In this document: positions 52,439-64,000 of the stretch, piece after piece
How the letters are laid out: every line of letters starts with the position of its first letter
How positions within the stretch are numbered: the stretch's first letter is position 1
Origin: Lingula anatina
Taxonomy: Eukaryota > Animalia > Brachiopoda
Length of the DNA: 64,000 nucleotides
Reading direction: 5' to 3'
Assembly: GCA_051362555.1 (NCBI GenBank)
Contig: CM120647.1
Coordinates: 6,510,001-6,574,000, forward strand
Made by a program: the position numbers and the translations under genes
The notes under the pieces: model-generated
What the model was told of the DNA's origin: nothing
Database searches by the model: none
What the model saw: the letters and a program-made list of their open reading frames with translations, nothing else

Positions 52439-53311
52439 TTACGCTCACAGATGCAACGCCTGTTGTCAAACACCCTTGGTCTTCCTCGTAGCTCGAAATA
52501 GACTTGAGACTGGTTGTTTAACGATTTCTTGTTCAATTTCCCACGTTTAACTTTGATAAAAGAAAACGGCAGATAAATTACATCCAAGTACTTAATTTCC
52601 ACGTCTTAGATAAAACATTTATTGGTTCACCTTTATGTACGAGAAATATTGCTTTGTTAATCATTCACATTTTTTTTTTCAAAAAATCATGTTCACTGTA
52701 CGCTTTAGGATTTTATAAAACATAAAATGAATTTTTCTGTCGAAGTCAGCAATAATTCATGGCCTAATCTTTCAAGTACAAGACGCTTGCAAGGTGTGTT
52801 CTTGCTTAAACCCTTGCAAAAAAAAAAAAAAAAATCCATCTATTCCATCTATGAAACCGTTTTCCAGTTCGAAATTTATAATCTCATCCGCATTTTTTGC
52901 TTGACAATTCTCCATCTTGACTGTAAGAAAAAAAAAAGAATCGTAATTCTCAACCAGTTTTTGGTACCGTATAGCTTGGAAAATAAAAGAAAAAGGTTTT
53001 GGGATTTCTAGAGATATTAATTCTTTGCTGTGTAAATAGCTGTGACATTTACACAATGTCACCCTGACATTAACATTGCCTGTACACACCGCCATTCTCA
53101 TGCCCCCGCACATTAAAACCGAATCAATCTTTTATATTAAATTAATTTCTTTTAACTTTGAGTATCATATTAATAAATATCATAACGCAAGAGGAATATT
53201 TGTCTTTAAAGTCAAATTGTTTCCTCAATTTGTTTCGTTTTATCATACAAGCATCGTATGACATTGTCAATTATGTATAATGCCTCTCAAAGCGTGTTGT
53301 GCCAAGCAAGC

Positions 53312-53326
53312 ACCCCGCCACAGTTT

Positions 53327-53372
<46 letters not shown>

Positions 53373-53540
53373 TAAGTCAGTTCCCTGGCCTAGTTGACAA
53401 GGATTTCTATGGGGATGCTGTTACACTGCTCCTGATTGGGTACGATGTGTCCATGTGACCATGTAACCTAAGTAATTAAGTTCTTACCCTGGAAACCTGA
53501 CTTAAGTTGTTTTTTTTTTTTGTGTGAAACGGGGACCTGG
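53312..53540. mobile_element. MITE family F, copy 2 (both TIRs present, with expanded A/T runs)
   Basis: gtttca(a)n cttaagtcag ... ctgacttaag(t)n gtgaaac inverted ends; internal identity to 30625-30780. Confidence 0.75.
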
Positions 53541-54107
53541 TAAATACAGTGCCTAGCTAGATGTAGCAACTATCTCCTACGAACCTTTGGGTTTTTATAA
53601 CATAAAGTAATTAACATTTTAAATTAATTTACACAAAACACAAAATAACGCATTCCCCAATAGTAAAAATGATAAATCAAAGAATTAATCAGTTGATAAA
53701 ACCGAAATCAAATAAAAGTAGATAATGACAGCAAATAAACAAATCTTTGTACGAACAAAACAACTTTTCTCAGTTGATAAATAATACATTTCAAACTAAC
53801 TACCACTTACTAACTAACTTACTAACTAAAATAATCTATACATTGTTGCTTATATGCAAATGTTACCATAATTTTTGTTAATGGCCGAATTAAAAGCACC
53901 AGTGGAAAACTTGTGTTGTGAAAAATAACATTTTGAACGGATAAAATTAACTCCATTAAACGAAATAAAATATCATTGGCTATAATCCAGGCACAGAGAT
54001 TATGAGAAATTAATTCACTTCGCCTTGACCTCCTGTCTTCAATAATTTTGATCACGTTTCGCAGCCGAGTTTGACACGCAAACCATCCTCCATAGCTACA
54101 AAGATCT

Positions 54108-56924
54108 CTATGTGCACGATTTCACAAAAGTTATACCCCCATCAATGTTCACTAACTGTCGTCTGCTGAGATCAGTGAAAGTAGTGCACAATCTCGTGGC
54201 GGAGAGATACGTTGCTGCCTTGCAGTCCTGTGCGTAGGTGCATACAGCCTCGCACTCACGAGATGACGTCACAGTCTGCTCGGTGCCGGCCTCTCCATTG
54301 TACGTCTGGCCGGGGAGTCGTTCAGAGATTGTGCACGTAGATTCTGAAATACAACCAAAGATTATCAATATTTATACAGCCCAAAAAGGTATGAGCTTTA
54401 ACAAGAAGAAAAAAGTGCCTTAACATGCAGTATCGTTGAACATAGCTAACCCGCAGTTTAATCAAAACAATATAGAACAAAGATGCCCTTTATGTTGGTT
54501 TTGCAGCTGATAAACAACTTCGTCATATGTAAGGTCCACTTAGCACATTGGGCTTTGCAATTTTGTCATATACATGTATAAAGGCTAGTTAATTTTGACC
54601 AATAAAATGCCATTCCGCAATAAAGAAACTCAATTAAACATCAAGTAAATACTTTTTCCATGATGACTTGGATTGATTCTTAAAATTCTGTGCCCATTTC
54701 GTGGTCAATTGCATAAGCTTTGTGAAAATCATCATTTTTGTCATTTTAAAACGCCTTTTTTAACATGTAATCTATACGTCTTTTGACAGTGTGGGTCTAA
54801 CACCCCATTCTCATAGATTAGATCGACCTACATTGGATCGACCTAACTCCCTGGGGGTTCACGCTAAATAGCTGTCAGCCGGGCGGACACGAAAGTTAAT
54901 TACCCCTTAAAGCTTGTAGTAGGCGGGGACGGACACTTAAGGGGGATTATCTGACAGTAATCTAGTGAGACTCCCCGCGGTGATAGATCGATCTAAAAGT
55001 TGTGAGAACAGAGTCTAAGTCTATCGGTTGTGGGTATGAGTTATTGGAAATGATACATTACTTGTAATAATAAACCTTATATAAAGAGAGTTAAATATGT
55101 CTAACCATAAAAACGCATCTTCCATACACGTATCAAACATGCATCTAAAATTTAATTAAACTTAAGTTTTGATTATCAAGCAGTAGATATTGCAAGTAAA
55201 ACTTACCTGAACTTCATAACATATTATAACTCACACAGGTATCTATCAATTTACAAAAATATGACCCACCTGAAGATTTGGAGCATAGTTTTTGAGAAGT
55301 AGACACACCGAAGAACGGTTCTAGCGCAACCCCCTGCACGTCCTCGTAGATGGCGCAAACAGAGAAGCCGAACGTGTACGTTGCAGCCACGCACTCCGGT
55401 ATTGAGAGACAAATGGCATTACACTGGGCTATGGAGGTGGCGGGACTGTACCGTGACGTCAGAGCTTTCGTGTACGCTTGCCCCGAGACCCGGTTCGTCA
55501 TGATGCAGTGTTCTTCCGAAGCTAGGGAAATTATTGACAATATAAGTAAGCTGTGAGCGTTCTTCCTGAATACTTTTGATTGAATAATTTTATAATGTAC
55601 AAAACACAGTTGGCAACGGTTAACTTCATTGAGCTGAAAGAATTTATTCAAGTTAAATAAAACAATCATTTGATCAAGTGTAACATACAGTGTACATGTA
55701 CCTGTACTAGTACTGATGCACTGTTTTTAAGGTACATGAAAACAACGCCTTTACAGATTAAATGGAAAGACTGTACGCTGCGAACATCATTGTAAGACGA
55801 TACAGTCAAGTACATGTACACAGTTTATGATGAACTATCACGGTAATGTCAAAAATCTGACTGTCAAAAAAAAAAAAAATAAATAAAATAAAATAAAATA
55901 AATAAATAAATAAAATAAAATAAATAAATAAAAAACTCTGAATGTGGAAGATACTTGTATCTTAACCCAGTGACCCTCAATTGTAATCACTGACAGTTTG
56001 TGAATCGATATTAATTAGACTGACGCCTTACGACTTGCCTTGTCATGACTTTTCTGTCAGTTATTCAAAAGAGACTCAAGGGGGCCATATATACTGTACA
56101 TGTATTTAGTATAAGCGTGTACATATTTTTTCAGACGTTCAATGTAAGTGACGTAGTGAATTCGTGTGTTAAATACAGCAAATTTATGTTATCAATAATT
56201 CTACAAAACAGAAAATTACCACTCAGGCAGTCGTGCTAGTCATAAAGCTGCCAAAATAAAGCGTATTCTGTAAGCTATATAAAACTCACCTCCAAGACAG
56301 TAAAACTCAAGAGCATCCTCAGCCTCGTTTTCGCACCTATCCTTTGCATCCTCTCGCGAGATCTCGTAATCCGTGTTCACAGCCCTTGGTATGCCCTGGG
56401 AAAACCCGAAATTGTCTCCGATGGTGGACAAAAAGGAGGCAGTATTTGGGATGCTGCTGATTGGAATCAAGTTGCCAAGCCTAGAGTGAGTGGACCTATG
56501 GAGGAAAGTACGATGTGTACATGTGATAGTTAAAGTCCATGTTACATTTACTCAGTATAGAATCAATAGCGGCTTTAGGGGCGCGTTAAAAGGAAACCTA
56601 AGAATTTTATTGAAAAATTGTTCTGCTATCATACCATCCGGCGTATTTGACAGCATTATGCACATTCTCTCTCTCTCAAAAATAACTTAAACTAGAAAAG
56701 CACTCCGACAGCGCAGACCCCCGCCACGGCAGCAAAGTCTCCACCCAATGCCGTTTCACCCCTAAATTTCCATTCTATAATGGTTTAGTTTTTTTTTTTT
56801 ATTATTGACTACTGATTGATTATTGATCCGGATCACCACCAAAAACTAATAATCTGTTCCTTGGCCCACTTCTGACAGTCCCTGAAAATTTCATCAAAAT
56901 CGGTACTTTCTGAGTTATGTTGAT

Positions 56925-56956
<32 letters not shown>

Positions 56957-59900
56957 AACAGGGGTGAAAACATAACCTCCTTGGCGGAGGTAATAATCTA
57001 ATAAACACAATTAAATAAACTAAGACAGAATAAAGAAGCACCATTGTGTTAACCACTTGCCTGTGAATACATCTAAGAGTCCGATTCGTGTTTGCCTCTT
57101 TTGCTGACACTTTCAACGTCACAGTTATGTTTGCCCTCGGTTTATAGTGCGCTGTGACGTCACCAGGTACTATGACGTCACCAGCACATCTGAACTCTAG
57201 GCAGTGGAAATGAGATCTCGCTGCTCGGTCGGAGTCGCAGGTGGCGGTGCCGAAGTCTTCGGTATTGAATCCATTTTCGTTTAATTCACTGCTGGCTATG
57301 ACTGCTGCTTTAAATTCAATCTGAAAGATGAGAGAAACTAATACTGGTAAATAAAATAGCCTCATGAAAAATGATAATGAATCACTTAGCACATTAAAGG
57401 ATGAATGAATATTTTAAAAACCACTTAAATAGCATAACTGATTGAAACATTATTAATCAATCCATTGTTTTACGAATTATTACGAATTGATTAATTATAA
57501 ATCTATCAATAATACACTTAATTGTTATACTAAAATCATTTTGTGCTAAAGCTGTAGCACTTATCCTGTAATTTTTTAACAGATATGTTTTGGAGCTTTG
57601 TGCATATATAAGAAGTGACAAATCTTCCTTTCTTCTTTCTTGTTGTGTGTTTTCACTCATGCATCAGCAATTACTGGAGATGATAGAATTTTTTTGTCAT
57701 AATATAATCACATCATAAGTTAGCTGGGTAGTTTTATGACGTTCGTCACTTGAAAAGTTTCACTCTGGGTATAAAAATGTATCATTTTCTCAACGAGTAT
57801 GAGTTTACATGCCAGTACTGGTGTGATTCTATAATCCATTTTTTATAATATCATTGCGTAACAGGCCCGCAGCCAGGAAATTCAAAGGGACTGGGTCTTT
57901 TTTTTTTTTTTTTTTGAAACAGGGGACCTTTTACCACGAAACCTTCATGTACCTAGACCAATTTTCACGCAGAGCTGATCTTTTTTCGACAAAAAGCGCG
58001 ATTCGTTCGCCTCCCCGAGCCCCACCTGGCTGACTGGATGCGTTACGTACCAAGTAATAATTCAAGATAATTCATCGTAAGTGGCCAAACAGAAAGCTAC
58101 ATTTTTTTCTCTTTTGTTTTTCGGCCATTTTCATAAACTAATCTGAGCTAAGAGAGTTGACGTTTCCCCATTTAGTGGATATAAACTGCAGAAAACTCGT
58201 TATTAGAATATTAAATACTGATATTTTCATATTAGATACTTTTCTCATTTTCCTCTGTTTTTATTTCAATCTGTATATAAATAAAATATAATAATAATAA
58301 TAATACGAAAAAAAAAAAAAAAAAACCTACCGGTCCCATAACTTTGACTCGCACGAAACAGGCAGCGTACCGGGCAGTCGTTCTTTCTGGCACTTTCCAC
58401 TGGGCTTCATTTTTCCTAAAAACACTGCATTCCCTTTTGACAGGGACATAGAATTTCAAATGATCTTTACTCTCCGGGCTATAGCATGACGGAAGATCTC
58501 GATAAAATGCCCGACTGGGTACATTTCGGGGAGATTCGTAATACACATCCGTATGGTTCACGATGACGTACTGGTTGTAGTCAGAGATGTCCGCCAGGAG
58601 TCGCTGGGGAGACCCTGCTGGCCCTTTGGCCTCCGAGAAGATGAAACCCTCGGCGTTGGGGCAGAAAGTTCGTAGGCATGCTTTTCCGTTTTGAATACAT
58701 GTGCGACTGTAACCGATCCAGTTTCCGGTAGTGCTGCTTTTGGTCAGGATGTAGGCATTCAAACCAGAAACGGGACTCGTCTTGCTGACGTCATCGTAGG
58801 CGCCAACTTTCACGTGGCACTGAATGGTGTTGTTTTCTCTGATGTCTAAATTGTAATAATCGTACAACACTGGGGTGGGGATTGTCCCAGCGATAAAGGA
58901 TCGCGGTTGTGTTTGAAGTAGCCTTCTACCTGTGCGTCTCGATCCTTCCTCTGTAACATCTTCCCGCTGGGAAAGGGGTCCCACCTCCACCCAAGCTCCG
59001 GTATTTTTATCGAGACCCCATAATTTAACATCCGTAAGCCCGTTGGTTTCCGACATAGCCTTGACCTTGTCGGGGTCAAACTGAAGCTGAATAGGTTTTG
59101 TCACGAACAATTGGTTTCTTCTTGTGTCCTCAAACCGCAGTGAAAATGTTCCAAAAGTTCTCAAGGGATCGGTTTCCCCTTCTTCGCTCATCGTTACGAA
59201 CTCTCCTGGGGACTCTGTTATTCCTTCGAGATCTCTGGTGTCTTGAAATGACAAGAGAAGTCGAGCTTCTCGAGAAAATATTTTTCCGTTTTTGTCCACA
59301 ACGGAGCCAGCGTCAACTTTAAGGGTCCCTAAAGGAGACGAGTCCGAACCGATTATGTTGACACTGTTTGTTTTGTTGAGCGTCAGTACTACCGGATCCG
59401 GGTTTAAGGGTACCTGTATAGACTGATAGGCCGTTAAGCCGGATTGGTACTGTAAAACTTTAACCGTAGTTGACAGACGTCTGAAAGGGCCGTCCTTGAT
59501 TTCAACTGCAAATCTCTCAACCTTTTCGGGAACTCTGAAATGAAATTTTCCGTCGCTGGTTGTTTTGGACAACTGCTTTCCTTTGTAATAAATGGTCCCG
59601 TACTGCAAAGGGATGATTTCATTGTTTTTCTTCCCGTAAATAATTCCACTTACAAATGCTTTTGTGACGTCATCAAAACAGTTCACACATCCACATGACG
59701 TAATTTTGTACATGACGTATTGTGTTCCGTCATTACATGTCACATTTATAGTTTCCGTTTCCTTTGGCTTGCAACAAGAAGACGAGGAGTTTTTACTACT
59801 GTTGCATGTAGCTGAGGGAGCTTCGGAGGAGAGGACGCACCTGTTGGCGGCGCATTCTCCAATGTCTATCGTCGTGTCACGTGCTCCCGTGACGGAGTTG

Positions 59901-60283
59901 TTCACGTGGCATCCAGGCAATAGATCTACCTTCTTTGACGTCAGGGATCTGGAGCATGCGTCAAAATCATTCACTGAAAGTTGTGACGCAATAGAGTCAT
60001 CATTTTGAATATCGTGCATCAGATACATAATATAAACTTTCAAAATAATACTTATATAATATATAAGTTATTTAATTATATAATATATAATTAAGTACTT
60101 GACTTTGTGATAAATGCATATGTGACTATTAATAAACCTGCTTCCATGTCGTTACACATTTTTTTTTGCCTGACAGCAGTAATGTCAGAAGTCGATTTAA
60201 CCAACAGCCGTTTACTTAAATTATTTTACCGAATTAGATGCAGTAAAATACTTTTATCGAAGATACGGATAGGTTTTTTTCTG

Positions 60284-60322
<39 letters not shown>

Positions 60323-62098
60323 TATTTATTTATTTTTAGCTCACCATATACGGTTAACTCTGCGGGTTTTGACATGGTCTTCCCGGACGGTGACACTGCC
60401 TGGCACTGGTATGATCCAGAATCCTGTTGAGTGACCTTGCCGAGGGTCAGAACATTTCCAGCCCCTTGTTGTGCATCTTCCAGCAGTCTATTATCTTTGT
60501 ACCTGTATATATACCGATACTGCATTATTGTTAGGCACACTGAGATTTTTATGGAATAATCCATAAAATAACGTATTCTCATTATTATTATTATAATAAT
60601 TATTATTATTCTCTAACATAGACTTTGTCACTGTACCTGAAAAAAAATAGTAAAAAGCTTACACAGTTCACAAACTTTGGGCAAAATCTACCAAACCGGG
60701 CTGATGCTGAACGAACATATAGTAATAGTAGGCAACTTTTATCTTTTATTTCTATATACCCTTTGAAAATAGTTTTTCTATATATCTGTATTATGCAGTT
60801 ACTAAAAGACATTCATGGTTAAGAAAGGCCCTAATTTTAATAACCAAGATGGAGCATCATGATGACGAAGATCGAATTGCCTTCAATTTAGATCTATTTA
60901 GGATCGGAAATCGGTCAAAAACACGTTGTAAGATCACTAGATAGTGTATGTAGAAAAACAACTCGATTTTCCGCTTTTTTGTCAAGAACACTCCTAATGT
61001 GAACGTTAAAATAATAAATTGTATTACAAGTCTCACGACTCACCACAAGTATTGTAGCTGTTCATCATGCCCTGTAGCGTTGCAGCAAAATGTCACCGAC
61101 TGGCCTACCAAAGCTGCCGTGCTATAGGGATGGTCTGTGAATTCTGGAGGCTCTGTAAGATACACGAAAGTAGGGAATGAACAACGTGTAACAGGAAAGC
61201 TAGTCAAAAGTGAACGTTATTTTCAAGCTATTTCGATATAAGATTTAAGGTATGCTATGCGTATTAGACATATATAAAAAGTAAAAATAATAATTAGATG
61301 GGAGTTTCAAAAAAAAAAAAAAAAAAAAAAATCCTTGCATATGTAAGATAAAAAAGAGGTGCATTAATTTATTTTTTCATTCACAAACGGCTAGACAACA
61401 TAATTACCAACTAGAGAAATGGTAATGCACCAATTGTATTGTATCGTCATTAGTATCGTCATATTGTACAAGGTCATGGCAATCTATGTACCAGTACAGA
61501 AATAAATTGAATTGAATTGAATTAATCTGTTAAACTGATGGCATTCAGCGAGAGTCCCCTGTAAGTTGGATCGATGCACGTTGAACGGTATTTCCATTGG
61601 GAATGAGCCCCAAATATCGACCAGGGCAGAATAATCAGATTATAATATATATTTATGAATTATACTTCAATAAAAATCTGTCAAAAAATATTTATGAAAA
61701 AAATTGACATAATTCCGAAAAACCTAAGAATAACAAATTAAAATAGAAAAAAATAACTTGTATAAAACAGAATTGTTCTTGTAGATCCCGGTTTCAGTAG
61801 ATCTGGGACATTTTTTAACTCAATTGTGCAGAAAATTGGTCCAAACTTTCAAGTCAGTACAAATTCTAGTCTACTTTTAGGAGAAAATACCTCTCAAACA
61901 GAAAATCTGTAGTTCCAATTTTTTGGGCTAGTTTCATCAAGGAGTCAACTGTCTCTCTCAGTAAAACTTATGTCAGTTTTGAGACAAACTTGCATTTCTT
62001 ATTAAGACCATTGTAATTAGTTAATTCAATTGAAATATTACCTATTTATCTTGAAACTAATAGTAGGGAATTTTACTCCTAAATGTTAAACTGGTTTT

Positions 62099-62145
<47 letters not shown>

Positions 62146-63388
62146 TGTGATACAGCAACCTTTCTGTATTAAAGGACCTTAGTCTCACCTTTACGACTAA
62201 GAGACACGTTCAATCGCGCATGCGTGCTATTGACTTCTATGGCAACGTCACGTTTTTCAAAGAAGAATGGTGCTCTGATGACATAACTTATTTCTCTTGT
62301 ACAGACATTCGGCACCGAAAATTCCCCCCACTGATTCGTCATGGTTATAGCATCCCACTGCTTATCTTGGTGAAAAACTGCCGCAGCGTTCAGAGGTATG
62401 CCATTGGTAGTCGTCACGCGGCCGTACAATACGGAACCATTGCAAACGCATATTGAACAGTTCACCAATGTGGCACCGGCGGGACAGGGTTTATTGCAGT
62501 CTGAAACAAAATCGTATAGAAAACTACAAGAATATGGTAAACAAGACAACATTAAAATAACGATCTATTTAATTGATATAAAATGTACTGTTGATGTTGA
62601 AAATTGTGAAAAAGATGTCCGTAAGCTTTTCAAAATCTTGAAAAAATCTGTCTCCGTAAATGCACTTTTCCGTCAAATAAAAACAAAAATTCTACTATTG
62701 AACAAAGACCCAGCAAATAAAAAAAATTATATAAAAACACTAAATATAATCATATAAAAGATAAAGATATAAAAAACAATACATAATATAGATAAAAAAA
62801 TGAAAATTTTTATAAAAAAGAAAAATATAAAACTGTCTGAGTAAATGCGCTTTTACAGCAAATCAAAATAAACATGCTATTATCGAACAAGAACCCAACA
62901 AATAATAAAAATAAAAAAATATAAAAATACAAAATATAATCATACAAAAGATAGATATATAAAAAACAAATACATAATATAAATAAGAAATGAAAAATTA
63001 TATTAAAAGAAAAATATTAAACCGTCTGCGTAAATGCGCTTTGACAGCAAATCAAAACAAACATTCTATTATCAAGAAAGGACCCAGCAAATAAAATAAT
63101 AAATATATAATCATATAAAAGATAAAAATATGAAAACAAATACATAAAACAGATAGAAAATAAAAAAAAATAATATAAAAAAGAAAAATAGAAAAGGTCT
63201 TATAGTACCCGGGCACGGCCAATCAGAACAATTGCGCCTCTCAAAGTCCGGTCCTGCACAATCCAAGCCGCCATTGTGCGGGGCGGGGTCGGAGCAGGTG
63301 CGTCGTCTGACTTGTACACCCTGGCCACACGTTGTTGAACAACTACCCCAGGGATCCCAGCGTGTCCACTGGCCGTGTATTGGTTCAC
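54108..63388 (-). CDS. CILP: Cartilage intermediate layer protein (CILP)-like gene with two C-terminal PAN/apple domains; 5' part lies beyond the window
   Basis: Exons 63388-63209 (TSP1), 62500-62189 (Cys-rich + carboxypeptidase-regulatory-like GRVTTTNGIPL...TNQWGEFSV), 61152-61044 and 60502-60345 (Ig, WYKD...DSGSYQC), 59973-58331 (CILP core: PLRTFGTFSL, KLWGLDKNTGAW, basic RRTGRR site, YNLD), 57320-57061, 56480-56290, 55521-55270 and 54343-54108 (PAN: CxxxCxxxxxCxAATY...C). Phases are consistent and the domain order matches CILP. Confidence 0.82.
54798..55017. mobile_element. Palindromic MITE family A, copy 3 (last CILP intron)
   Basis: ggatcgacctaactccctgggggttcacgctaaa...ctgacagtaatctagtgagactcccc...gatagatcgatct...agtcta matches 8941-9157. 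Confidence 0.8.
56691..56994 (+). mobile_element. Complete non-autonomous Helentron/HINE-like element
   Basis: 5' subterminal motif gacc(c)ccgcca.gg, one core repeat, a (GACA)n microsatellite and the 3' hairpin acctccttggcggaggt, which is complementary to the 5' motif. The 5' part is near-identical to 1959-2140. Confidence 0.78.
61405..61523 (+). mobile_element. 3' end of a non-LTR retroelement/SINE with a (TTGAA)n tail, second copy
   Basis: Reverse complement of 1296-1416. Confidence 0.6.
62648..63190. repeat. Intronic ~185-bp A-rich tandem repeat, 3 diverged copies
   Basis: gtct..gtaaatgc.cttt...caaat.aaaa...gacccagcaaataaaa...taatcata.aaaagata recurs at ~62650, ~62835 and ~63024. Confidence 0.8.
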
Positions 63389-63596
63389 CTGTACAGTTCA
63401 ATAACACAGTATTATTGATCAGTGCATAGAAAAAATATTTTTACAATTATGAGTCTATTAAAATAAAAATATGACAATAGAAGTTTTTTTTGTTGAAATA
63501 AGCTGAAACGTTATCTGCCAATATTAGCATGTTTTGCATGTTCCAAAAGGACTTCTACAATTCGTTTGAAATTACTATGCTGATGGATTTTGTCAA

Positions 63597-63643
<47 letters not shown>

Positions 63644-64000
63644 ATAGCAAAAAAAAAAAAAAAATGAAAAAGAAAATAAAATTAAAACAATGATAATTTA
63701 TCTTACTGCAAAATAAACACAAGGCTCCTATGCGTAAACAAGGAAAATTCAACAAAACTTGAATTATCTAAAAAAATTCTATAATCACACGCCATTTCAC
63801 AGATAACAATTCCCTTGTACCTTTTAACAAAACAAATATTTATCGAAATCTCCCAATACTTAAAATCAAGGAATCTAAAAAATAAAAAAAATAAAAAATA
63901 AATAAATAAATAAAAAACAAACAAACAAACAACGGTGCTGAATTTGACACGTATGTTGACCTTGAAAAAAAAAACATAGACAATACAACCAATCTGAAAG

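Noticed and set aside
55201-55215. Strong-looking minus-strand donor CAG|GTAAGT just downstream of the first PAN exon
   Set aside because: Extending the exon to it runs through an in-frame TGA at 55214-55216, whereas the donor at 55270 keeps the frame to the last PAN exon.
58846-60008. Several overlapping plus-strand and alternate-frame ORFs
   Set aside because: Shadow ORFs of the large CILP exon; the same applies to antisense ORFs over the TSP1, vWA and FkbM exons.

Overview
This is AT-rich, intron- and microsatellite-rich animal genomic DNA. It is probably a marine invertebrate such as a lophotrochozoan, though this is inferred from style only; there are no prokaryotic operons or CRISPR arrays. 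All recognisable genes are on the minus strand and were assembled by hand from GT/GC-AG splice sites with consistent exon phase. From left to right: (1) a tandem array of three type II membrane FkbM/Methyltransf_21 (Star-like) methyltransferase genes, two intact and one with a GAA>TAA nonsense codon; (2) a small secreted vWA + TSP1 protein with a basic (VS)n/(AR)n tail; (3) a tRNA-Arg-derived sequence that lacks its anticodon loop; (4) a ~1170-aa secreted protein with signal peptide, vWA, 15 TSP1 repeats and a C-terminal SUEL/rhamnose-binding-lectin-like domain, including recently triplicated exons; (5) the 3' part of a CILP-like gene ending in two PAN/apple domains, with a GC-AG intron. Introns and intergenic DNA hold at least six MITE/foldback families, a Helentron/HINE-like family and a retroelement 3' tail. 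The most promising candidate system is the co-oriented cluster of TSP1/vWA extracellular proteins with lectin-type C-termini next to an expanded family of lumenal methyltransferases. Any functional link between them is a hypothesis only.
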